From an uncultured Bacteroidales bacterium (lineage in GTDB: Bacteria; Bacteroidota; Bacteroidia; Bacteroidales; UBA7960): a stretch of DNA of 51,445 nt. The notes below the pieces were generated by a model. The model saw nothing but the letters and a program-made list of their open reading frames with translations. It was not told the origin of the DNA and did not search any database. The stretch covers positions 1 to 51,445 of the forward strand of contig CAYPFV010000003.1 in NCBI GenBank assembly GCA_964410015.1, written 5' to 3'. Positions 8,778-16,989 of this stretch are shown here, one piece after another (the first letter of the stretch is position 1; the number at the start of each line of letters is the position of its first letter). A program made the translations under genes and the position numbers.

Positions 8778-9425
8778 ATGAGAATGAAATCAAACAATGG
8801 TGAGGTTGCCCCCATTCCAGAGCCAACGCTTCGCAGATTGCCGGGTTATTTGAGTTTTTTCAAATCCCTGAAAATAAATAATGTTGCACATGTTTCGAGT
8901 GGGCAGATTGCATTAAATTTTAAAATGGATTCCACGCTTGTAACAAAAGATTTGTCTTATACAGGTATCAAAGGGCGGACGAAGATTGGTTATAATGTAG
9001 ACGACCTGATAAAGAGTATTGTCAAGTTTCTTGATTTTAACAACCAGGAAAAAGCCTTTTTATTTGGTGTGGGTAATCTTGGTAAAGCTTTAATCAAGTA
9101 CCAAGGTTTGAAAAGCTATGGTTTGCATATAGTTGCTGGTTTTGATATCGATCATGAAGTGATTAATACGACACTCAATGATGTAAAAATATTTTCACTG
9201 AATGATTTCCGTGATATGGCGCAAAAGTTGAATGTGCGTCTTGGTATTATAACTACACCTGATGCTAAAGCACAGGAAATTGCTGATCTGATGGTTGCCT
9301 GGGGAATCAAAGCAATCTGGAATTTCACGCCACAATCGATCAAGGTACCCGACAGTATCATTGTTGAAAACACCTCTATTTACTCCGATCTGGCAGTCAT
9401 TTTAAACAAACTCAATAGTTCGTGA
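8778..9425 (+). CDS. rex: Redox-sensing transcriptional repressor Rex
   Basis: PEPTLRRLPGY, KDLSY, GRTKIGY, GVGNLG Rossmann motif, IWNFTP; ATG at 8778 or 8784 preferred to TTG at 8769. Confidence 0.93.
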   Translation: MRMKSNNGEVAPIPEPTLRRLPGYLSFFKSLKINNVAHVSSGQIALNFKMDSTLVTKDLSYTGIKGRTKIGYNVDDLIKSIVKFLDFNNQEKAFLFGVGNLGKALIKYQGLKSYGLHIVAGFDIDHEVINTTLNDVKIFSLNDFRDMAQKLNVRLGIITTPDAKAQEIADLMVAWGIKAIWNFTPQSIKVPDSIIVENTSIYSDLAVILNKLNSS

Positions 9426-9564
9426 ACTATGTGTAATCGCTTTTTCTGCTGCTTGTTTAAGTTAGACTCGTTATAAATTGAGCATTCACCAAACCTTTAG
9501 CGGAAGGAAATTTCCTTATTTTATGGTACATTCAGAAGGGGAAAAAAAGAAATTGAAATCCGAG

Positions 9565-9618
9565 ATGTGAAAAAAATAACAACATTATTGTTTAAGGAAT
9601 TTTAAAGTTTTACCTTTG
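9565..9618 (+). promoter_or_regulatory. Putative Rex operator plus -33/-7 promoter of the signalling cluster
   Basis: ATGTGAAAAAAATAACAA (9565-9582), TTG (9588-9590), TACCTTTG (9611-9618) with 20-bp spacing. Confidence 0.65.
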
Positions 9619-9660
9619 CATAGTAATAGTGAATTTCACAGATATTTAAAAATTAACCAC

Positions 9661-10005
9661 ATGACCATAAAAGAAATTGCAGAATTGTTGGATGCCCGGT
9701 TGCTATGCGGTGAAGATAAAGCTGATCTGGAAATAGAGGTTGCATTTGCTTCTGATCTGATGAGTGATGTACTCACATTAATTGACGACAATGTTTTGTT
9801 GATCACCGGATTGACCAACACTCAGGTATTGAGAACTGCAGAAATGTCAAACATTCAATGCATCATATTTGCCCGCAATAAAGTTGTTGGTGAAGATTTG
9901 ATTGCGCTTGCCAGGGAAAATGAAATAGCAATTATTTCTTGCAAGTATTCTGTTTTTAAAACCTGCGGTATTTTATATGGTGCAGGAGTAAAAGCAATTT
10001 TTTAG
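9661..10005 (+). CDS. DRTGG domain protein
   Basis: MTIKEIAELL start, ASDLMSDVL and LLITGL motifs; start moved to ATG 9661 because TTG 9616 overlaps the promoter element. Confidence 0.8.
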   Translation: MTIKEIAELLDARLLCGEDKADLEIEVAFASDLMSDVLTLIDDNVLLITGLTNTQVLRTAEMSNIQCIIFARNKVVGEDLIALARENEIAIISCKYSVFKTCGILYGAGVKAIF

Positions 10006-10023
10006 TCATGTTAATTTTTACTT

Positions 10024-10440
10024 ATGCATTTTGAATATCAGATAGAAGGTGGCAATTTTACCCGGGCAGGATTGGCATCAAGCGAGATCAAAAAAATACT
10101 CAAGCAACTCAACGTTGATTTGAGTGTTATAAAAAAAACTGTGGTTGCCACATACGAAGGAGAAGTAAATATAGTAGCACATGCTTATAGCGGAACCATA
10201 TATGTTGATTTAGACCCTGAGAAAATTGTGATTGTACTGGAAGATGAAGGACCTGGTATTCCCGATATTGATAAAGCGATGACAGAAGGATTTTCCACTG
10301 CCAGCAGCACGGTAAGGGAAATGGGATTTGGAGCCGGAATGGGATTACCCAATATGAAAAAAAATGCCGATGATCTCCAAATTTCCAGTGAAGTAGGAAA
10401 AGGTACAACGGTTCGAATCACCATGTTTTTGAAATCATGA
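10024..10440 (+). CDS. RsbT/anti-sigma-factor-like Ser/Thr kinase (GHKL ATPase)
   Basis: EGEVNIVAHA N-box, DEGPGI G1 box, GFST, GAGMGLPNMKK, GKGTTV. Confidence 0.85.
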   Translation: MHFEYQIEGGNFTRAGLASSEIKKILKQLNVDLSVIKKTVVATYEGEVNIVAHAYSGTIYVDLDPEKIVIVLEDEGPGIPDIDKAMTEGFSTASSTVREMGFGAGMGLPNMKKNADDLQISSEVGKGTTVRITMFLKS

Positions 10441-10532
10441 ATGCGAATAAAAATTTTTGACTATAGGTTCGATCACTTCCTGAAGATACATCTAAAATGT
10501 ATTCATCTATCTATGTTTAAAATATAAAAGCA

Positions 10533-11903
10533 GTGAACCCAAATAACCCTGTTTTCCATCACGCACTCAAATTTCGTAAAGATGTTTGCATCGGTTGTTC
10601 ACATTGCATGAATGTGTGCCCTACTCAGGCTATCCGTATCAGAGCAGGAAAAGCGGAACTCATGGATAATTATTGTGTTGATTGTGGAAAATGTTACCGC
10701 GCATGCCCGGTGGGAGCAATTATTGTTGAGCAGGATGATTTTAACGAGATTTTTAATTACCAACACCGGGTGGCACTCATTCCCTCTGTTTTGATGGGGC
10801 AATTTCCCGAAAAAGTTTCCTTTACACAGGTTTGCAGCGTTCTTTGCGAGTTGGGTTTTAATCATATCTATGAAGTAGAAAACGGAGTTGAGATATTAAA
10901 AGATCAGATGATCGAATATATTGAAAACCATCAGGAAACCAAACCTCTGATCTCCACTTTTTGTCCGGCCATTGTAAGACTTATTCAGGTTCGGTTTCCC
11001 ACCTTCACCAACCATTTTATTCTTATGAAATCTCCTTTGGATGTTTCGGCGGCCTACTATCATCAAAAATTGATTGATGAAGGGGTAGACCCCGAACAGA
11101 TCGGAATTTTTTACATAACGCCCTGCGCCGCCAAAATAGCGGCTGTTAAGAGCCCAGTTGGGCAAGACCGGTCGCCCATTACAGGAGTTATCAATATGGA
11201 TTTCATATTTAATAAAGTGTACACTTCCGTGAAACAGGGGTTTATCGGAAAAAAGACTTGCGAAGTACCTCCTGTAGATCCGTTAAAATCAAGTGGAATC
11301 ATGTGGGCATCCACTTATGGTGAAGCCAAACATATGCCAGGAAAAAATCTCGCCATTGATGAGATCAGCAATGTAATCGATTTTTTGGATGAATTGGAAA
11401 ATGAAGAAAATGTGGATGTCGGTTTTTTAGAACTTCGTGCTTGTGATCAAAGTTGTACAGGGGGTATCTTAACCAGTGCCAATCGTTTTCTTGCAGTGGA
11501 AAGAATGCGTAAACGTGCCAAAAAAATACGCACCAAAGTGAAAGAACAAGATCCTTTTTATACAAAACCAGGACCGATTAATCAATACGGTGATTTCCTA
11601 AAACAGCAGATCAGCATTGATAGTATTCATCCGCGCCCTATGGAAAAACTGGATGAAGATATGGTGGTTGCCATGAAAAAAATGCAGCAGGTACATTCTT
11701 TAAAAAGTTCCCTTCCTTATGTAGATTGTGGCATTTGTGGATCACCATCATGTGATTCTTTTGCCGAGGATATTGTACAGGATAAGGCCGAACTCAATCA
11801 ATGTATATACATTCAAAAAAAACTTGAGAACTCAGGAAAACTTTCTGCTTCTGATACCCTTGAAATGATGAAAAAAGTATGGGGCGAAGAAAAATTTAAG
11901 TAA
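10533..11903 (+). CDS. Atypical [FeFe]-hydrogenase-like protein (group C/D-like, putative sensor)
   Basis: N-terminal 2x4Fe-4S; degenerate H-cluster motifs STFCPA, TPCAAK, ELRACDQSCTGG; C-terminal DCGICGSPSC...C FeS domain; no PAS domain seen. Confidence 0.8.
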   Translation: MNPNNPVFHHALKFRKDVCIGCSHCMNVCPTQAIRIRAGKAELMDNYCVDCGKCYRACPVGAIIVEQDDFNEIFNYQHRVALIPSVLMGQFPEKVSFTQVCSVLCELGFNHIYEVENGVEILKDQMIEYIENHQETKPLISTFCPAIVRLIQVRFPTFTNHFILMKSPLDVSAAYYHQKLIDEGVDPEQIGIFYITPCAAKIAAVKSPVGQDRSPITGVINMDFIFNKVYTSVKQGFIGKKTCEVPPVDPLKSSGIMWASTYGEAKHMPGKNLAIDEISNVIDFLDELENEENVDVGFLELRACDQSCTGGILTSANRFLAVERMRKRAKKIRTKVKEQDPFYTKPGPINQYGDFLKQQISIDSIHPRPMEKLDEDMVVAMKKMQQVHSLKSSLPYVDCGICGSPSCDSFAEDIVQDKAELNQCIYIQKKLENSGKLSASDTLEMMKKVWGEEKFK

Positions 11904-11956
11904 TCCTGATTTTTTTTAAGCAACAAATAAATATTATAAAAAAAACATATAAGACC

Positions 11957-12289
11957 ATGACAGTAAAAGAGATTGCAGAAAAATTAGAACTTAAAGTATT
12001 GGGAGGTGAGGCTGGTTTGTCATCTCCAATATCGGGTGGATATGTATCAGATTTGCTTAGCGATGTAATGGGCAATGCCGAGGCAGGCAATGTTTGGATA
12101 ACCTTGCAAACGCATAAAAATGTAATGGCTATTGCTTCTTTAAAAGACCTTGCTGCCATTATTCTGGTAAATGGCAATAAACCCGAGAAAGACATGCTGG
12201 ACCAAAGTAATGAAGAAGGAATCCCGGTATTGTCTACGTCTCTGAGCACTTTTGAGATCACCGGGAAAGTTTACGAAATTCTCAAGTAA
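11957..12289 (+). CDS. DRTGG domain protein
   Basis: MTVKEIAEKL, GGYVSDLLSDVM, VWITLQTHKN; paralog of 9661-10005. Confidence 0.8.
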   Translation: MTVKEIAEKLELKVLGGEAGLSSPISGGYVSDLLSDVMGNAEAGNVWITLQTHKNVMAIASLKDLAAIILVNGNKPEKDMLDQSNEEGIPVLSTSLSTFEITGKVYEILK

Positions 12290-12303
12290 CAACCAATTCA
12301 TCT

Positions 12304-13044
12304 ATGAAAGAATACAGGGCCGACATACATATACATACTTTGCTTTCTCCTTGCGGAGATCTGGAGATGAGCCCTGCTAATATTGTTCAACGCGCCTGTT
12401 TGCTCGGATTGGATATTTTGGGTATTGCCGACCATAATTCCACCAAACACGCCCCACTGATAAAAAAACTGGCAGAAAAAGAAGGCATTTTTACTTTGTG
12501 TGGCGCAGAGGTAACTACCAAAGAAGAGGTGCATTGCCTTGCATTCTTTGAAAATGAATCTTTTCTCAACCAATTTCAGGTTTATCTTGATGAAAACCTA
12601 CCCGATATAAAAAATAATCCGAAATATTTTGGTTATCAGGTTGTTATAGATGAGCAGGAAATGATTACCGAAGAAGTTGACAAATTGTTGATATCGGGTA
12701 TCGACCAAACTTTCGATCAGGTGCAGCAAAAAGTCAGCCAACTCAACGGTATCTTTATTCCTGCTCATATCGATCGGTCTAAATTCAGCATTACCAGTCA
12801 GTTGGGATTTGTACCACCTGATATCAAAGCCGATGCTTTAGAGGTTTCTGTGCACAGCAGTAAAGAAAAAATGCTGAAAATGTTTCCGTATCTGCAAAAA
12901 TTTTCTTTTGTGCGCGGCTCTGATGCCCATTATATCGAACATCTGGGAAGCAGTTATTCTATATTCAGAATGGAGGAGATCACTTTTGAAGAAATCAGGA
13001 AAGCACTGCTTCAGCAGGATGGAAGAAGCGCCTGGTATCAATAA
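12304..13044 (+). CDS. PHP-family metal-dependent phosphoesterase
   Basis: DIHIHT, IADHN, GAEV, PAHIDR, GSDAH motifs. Confidence 0.88.
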   Translation: MKEYRADIHIHTLLSPCGDLEMSPANIVQRACLLGLDILGIADHNSTKHAPLIKKLAEKEGIFTLCGAEVTTKEEVHCLAFFENESFLNQFQVYLDENLPDIKNNPKYFGYQVVIDEQEMITEEVDKLLISGIDQTFDQVQQKVSQLNGIFIPAHIDRSKFSITSQLGFVPPDIKADALEVSVHSSKEKMLKMFPYLQKFSFVRGSDAHYIEHLGSSYSIFRMEEITFEEIRKALLQQDGRSAWYQ

Positions 13045-13196
13045 AAAAAACAGACCTGGAAACAGCAAACCATTAACATATTTACGATAATATTTTAGAA
13101 TCAAAACGCTATGAATTTTTTTTAAGATAAATCTGCTTTCACCTCAAAACGGTTCAGGTGATTTTATCCAGATTGAAATTTTTAAATTATAAAAGA

Positions 13197-13748
13197 ATGA
13201 AAGAACTCGCTTTGCATATTCTTGATGTTGCCCAAAATTCGGTAACTGCCAAAGCTGCTAATATCCGCATTGAAATACAGGAGGACACGCAAAACAATAC
13301 ATTTATCGTTTTGATAGAAGATGATGGGAAGGGTATGAGTGAGGAAGTTTTAAAGAAAGTAACCGATCCTTATTTTACTTCACGCACCACGCGGCATGTT
13401 GGGATGGGCATACCCCTTTTAAAACAAAATGCTGAAATAGCGGGTGGAAGTTTTCAGATTACTTCGCAATTGGGAAAAGGAACCCTGGTTAAAGCATTGT
13501 TTCAGCACAATCATTATGATCGCCCACCATTAGGTGATATACCAGGAGTAATATCTATAATGGTAAGTTCCAATCCGGATATAGATTGGGTTTACAAGCA
13601 TAGCAAAAACGGAAGAACTTTTGTTTTTGATACCCGTGAGGTAAAGGAGGTATTGGAAGGTATTCCGCTTAGTGAACCTTCCGTTAATGTGTATCTTAAA
13701 GAAATGATTGAAGAGAATCTGAAAGAAATAGGGGTAGACTTTTTTTAA
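13197..13748 (+). CDS. Stand-alone histidine-kinase-like (HATPase_c) ATPase
   Basis: LDVAQNS, DDGKGM, DPYFTSR, GMGIP, GKGT boxes; no sensor or HisKA region; ATG at 13197. Confidence 0.82.
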   Translation: MKELALHILDVAQNSVTAKAANIRIEIQEDTQNNTFIVLIEDDGKGMSEEVLKKVTDPYFTSRTTRHVGMGIPLLKQNAEIAGGSFQITSQLGKGTLVKALFQHNHYDRPPLGDIPGVISIMVSSNPDIDWVYKHSKNGRTFVFDTREVKEVLEGIPLSEPSVNVYLKEMIEENLKEIGVDFF

Positions 13749-13759
13749 AAGATATAAAT

Positions 13760-13890
13760 GAGTCCACGCTGAAAAGTAAATTATCCACAGATTACACAGA
13801 TTTACACAGATGCTAAATTCTGATAATCAATGTGATTGAAAAAAGAAAAAGAACACAGATTTGCCGAAAACAAGTTTTCGGAGTGGACTC
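13760..13890. mobile_element. 131-bp MITE, copy 2 (inverted relative to copy 1)
   Basis: TIRs GAGTCCACGCTGAAAA / TTTTCGGAGTGGACTC; flanked by direct repeat ATAAAT (13754-13759, 13891-13896); internal CACAGATTACACAGATT repeats. Confidence 0.88.
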
Positions 13891-13951
13891 ATAAATAGAG
13901 AATAATTTGTTTATTTGCGATCACAAAGGCAATATTAGGAAAACCCTAAAG

Positions 13952-13969
13952 ATGTTATTTTATTAACAA
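13952..13969. promoter_or_regulatory. Putative Rex operator (distal)
   Basis: ATGTTATTTTATTAACAA, same 18-bp palindrome family. Confidence 0.4.
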
Positions 13970-14593
13970 CGTTTGGTTTTCACTCTTTAATGTCGTATTT
14001 GCCTAAACAATTTTTAGTTTTCCAGGTATTTGAATGTGCTTGCTGCCAAGCATGTAAATAACTCTTTTTTATTTTAATGTAGCACAGAAAAGAAAAAATG
14101 AATTCATGTCCGCTTGTTGAAAACGAGCCTTAAAATATCACTGAGCGATTGATATATAATGGTTGGGTATCAGGGAAACATGATTTTATAAGGGTTTTAA
14201 TCAATTTTTTGCATAAAGTATTTTGTTGTCGTAAGTTTTAAATGGTAAAAAGGAGGCAACACAGGTGAAGTTTTCTCAACATATTTAACTTACAACTTAT
14301 TTAGAATAAATATAAAATAGAGGAAAATACAATTTTGGATCGTCCAAATCATACGGGTTAAGTTTAATTGCATTATCTTTGTCAAAATGTTGAAAAGCAA
14401 TGAGGAAGGCAGCAATTTGTAAACCCTGAATTTTTAAATTACTGCCCATTCTTTCCCAGTCAATAACAATAGTTAATCATTGATATACAAGTCATTAACG
14501 TTCTTTGACGATATTTTTTCAGAATGCTGCTTTTTTATCATTACACCAGTGCAGGTATGCTGAAAATAATATCACTTTAAATGCTACGTTATA

Positions 14594-14611
14594 TTGTTAA
14601 TAAATTAACAA
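14594..14611. promoter_or_regulatory. Putative Rex operator upstream of hydrogenase operon 2
   Basis: TTGTTAA-TAAA-TTAACAA, perfect 7-4-7 palindrome about 150 bp upstream of the ATG at 14758. Confidence 0.7.
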
Positions 14612-14757
14612 CGCAGATAAATATCTGGTCTGCGAATAGTGAATTTTTTTACTCAGGTAAAGTATCCACTTTTACAAAATGACCATGGTAATTTTACTGA
14701 CCTATTTTCAATAAAATAATAAGACCAATAAATTATTTATCAAACAGGATTACAGAT

Positions 14758-15174
14758 ATGAGCAAAATCAAATCTTTAGCAGATTTAAAAAAGATGAAGA
14801 GCAATCTTCAGTCTAAAATCTCCCTCAGAGAAAGAAGCGATAACCCCGAAGGACGCGTATTAATCAGGGTAGGTATGGGTACCAGTGGAATTGCATCAGG
14901 TGCCAAGCAAATCATGGAATTTTTCCTTGAAGAAACAGAAAAAAGGAACGTTGATGCCATCATTACACAAGTTGGTGATATGGGTTACAGTTATGCCGAT
15001 CCCACCATCGAGGTAACGCTACCCGGCAAAGAACCCCTTGTATTTGGTGATGTTGATTTGAAAAAAGCAGATGACATCATCGAAAAGTATATTAAGAACG
15101 GGGAGATGCTTGACGGTATTATCCCTGTAAACTATGAAACCATTAACGAAAAAACTGAAGGAGGAAAAAAATAA
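14758..15174 (+). CDS. hndB: HndB/HydD-like thioredoxin-fold subunit lacking cysteines
   Basis: VGMGTSGIASGA and QVGDMGYSYADPTIEV align to the HndB-type motifs; translationally coupled to the next gene (TAATG). Confidence 0.75.
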   Translation: MSKIKSLADLKKMKSNLQSKISLRERSDNPEGRVLIRVGMGTSGIASGAKQIMEFFLEETEKRNVDAIITQVGDMGYSYADPTIEVTLPGKEPLVFGDVDLKKADDIIEKYIKNGEMLDGIIPVNYETINEKTEGGKK

Positions 15175-16967
15175 TGGCAAAATACAAAATGCATTTGTTG
15201 GTATGTGGTGGTACGGGTTGCCGTGCTTCTGCCAGCGACATGCTTTATGAAGGCTTAGTTAAAGAAGTACAGGATCATAATTTGCAGGATGAAGTGCAGG
15301 TGGTTACAACCGGATGCTTTGGATTTTGCGAGAAAGGACCCATTGTGAAAATGATCCCCGATAATACATTTTATGTTTCTGTAGAACCCAAAGATGCCAA
15401 AGCCATTGTGGAGGAACATGTTATAAAAGGAAGAAGTGTAAAAAGCCTTCTTTACAAGGATCCTACCAATAAAGAAATTATTTCCGATTCGAAGCACATG
15501 GGTTTCTATAAAAAGCAATTGCGTATTGCTTTAAGAAACTGTGGTATGATTGATCCGGAAAACATTGATGAATATCTGGCAGCTGATGGATACGAAGCCA
15601 TGGGGAAAGTTTTACTTGAAATGAAACCCGAAGAAGTTATCAAAGCTGTTATAGATTCTGGTTTGCGCGGCAGGGGAGGCGGTGGTTTCCCTACAGGTAT
15701 AAAATGGCAGATTGCCAGCAAAGTAAACGGCGATCAAAAATATGTTGTTTGTAATGCTGATGAGGGAGACCCTGGTGCTTTTATGGACAGATCGATCCTG
15801 GAAGGTGATCCTCATACTGTGATAGAAGCGATGGTGATCAACGGATTTTGCATTGGCGCTACCAAAGGTCTGATCTATATCAGAGCAGAATATCCATTGG
15901 CTATTCAACGCCTTAAAATTGCTTTGAATCAGGCGCGTGAGCTGGGTCTGCTTGGAAAAGATATTTTGGGCAGTGGTTTTGATTTCGATATAGAAATACG
16001 CTATGGTGCGGGTGCATTTGTTTGCGGCGAGGAAACTGCCCTAATTCACTCTATGGAAGGAGAAAGGGGAGAACCCACTTTTAAACCACCTTTTCCTGCT
16101 CAAAGTGGTTATTTAGGCAAACCCACCAATGTAAACAATGTGGAAACTTACGCCAATATACCCGTTATTATTAACAAAGGTGCCGAATGGTTTGCGTCCA
16201 TAGGGTCTGAAAAATCAAAAGGTACAAAGGTTTTTGCCCTGGCGGGTAAGATCAACAACGTAGGACTGATAGAAGTACCTATGGGCATTACCCTGCGCGA
16301 AGTGATTTACGAAATCGGGGGTGGTATCAAGGGTGGCAAAAAGTTTAAAGCGGTGCAAACCGGAGGTCCCTCAGGCGGTTGTCTTACTGAAAAACATCTG
16401 GATATACCCATTGATTTTGATAACCTGCTTGCTGCCGGTTCTATGATGGGTTCGGGTGGTATGATCGTGATGGACGAAGACGACTGTATGGTATCTGTTG
16501 CCAAGTTTTACCTCGATTTTACCGTTGAAGAATCATGTGGCAAATGCGCACCTTGTCGTGTAGGAAACAAGCGCCTTTATGAACAACTCGATATCATCAC
16601 CAAAGGCAATGGCAAAGAGGAAGACCTTGATAAACTGCGCAATCTTTGTAACGTTATCAGAGACACCTCTCTCTGTGGTTTGGGGCAAACTTCTCCCAAC
16701 CCTGTTATTTCAACCCTCGATAATTTTTACGAAGAATACCTTGCTCATGTAAAAGACCAGCAATGTCCTTCGGGAGTTTGTAAGGAATTGATCCGCTATG
16801 AGGTGATTCCCGAGAATTGTGTAGGATGTACGGCATGTGCACGGAACTGTCCGGTAAATTGTATTGCCGGAGAGCGAAAACAGGTACATGTCATCGATCA
16901 GTCTCTCTGCATCAAATGTGGTGCCTGCCTCGAAAAATGTAAGTTTAACGCAATAGCCGTAATTTAA
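15174..16967 (+). CDS. hndC: Full-length NuoF-like flavin subunit (HydB/HndC), bifurcating type
   Basis: N-terminal CGGTGC...CFGFC, NADEGDPGAFMDR, GGPSGG, CGKCAPC, HxxxxxCPSGVC, C-terminal 2x4Fe-4S. Confidence 0.93.
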   Translation: MAKYKMHLLVCGGTGCRASASDMLYEGLVKEVQDHNLQDEVQVVTTGCFGFCEKGPIVKMIPDNTFYVSVEPKDAKAIVEEHVIKGRSVKSLLYKDPTNKEIISDSKHMGFYKKQLRIALRNCGMIDPENIDEYLAADGYEAMGKVLLEMKPEEVIKAVIDSGLRGRGGGGFPTGIKWQIASKVNGDQKYVVCNADEGDPGAFMDRSILEGDPHTVIEAMVINGFCIGATKGLIYIRAEYPLAIQRLKIALNQARELGLLGKDILGSGFDFDIEIRYGAGAFVCGEETALIHSMEGERGEPTFKPPFPAQSGYLGKPTNVNNVETYANIPVIINKGAEWFASIGSEKSKGTKVFALAGKINNVGLIEVPMGITLREVIYEIGGGIKGGKKFKAVQTGGPSGGCLTEKHLDIPIDFDNLLAAGSMMGSGGMIVMDEDDCMVSVAKFYLDFTVEESCGKCAPCRVGNKRLYEQLDIITKGNGKEEDLDKLRNLCNVIRDTSLCGLGQTSPNPVISTLDNFYEEYLAHVKDQQCPSGVCKELIRYEVIPENCVGCTACARNCPVNCIAGERKQVHVIDQSLCIKCGACLEKCKFNAIAVI

Positions 16968-16989
16968 TAACAATAACAGGAAATAAATC

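Noticed and set aside
7960-13890. Composite transposon carrying rex and the signalling genes
   Set aside because: Outer flanks (ATTGAT vs ATAAAT) differ and each MITE has its own TSD, indicating independent insertions
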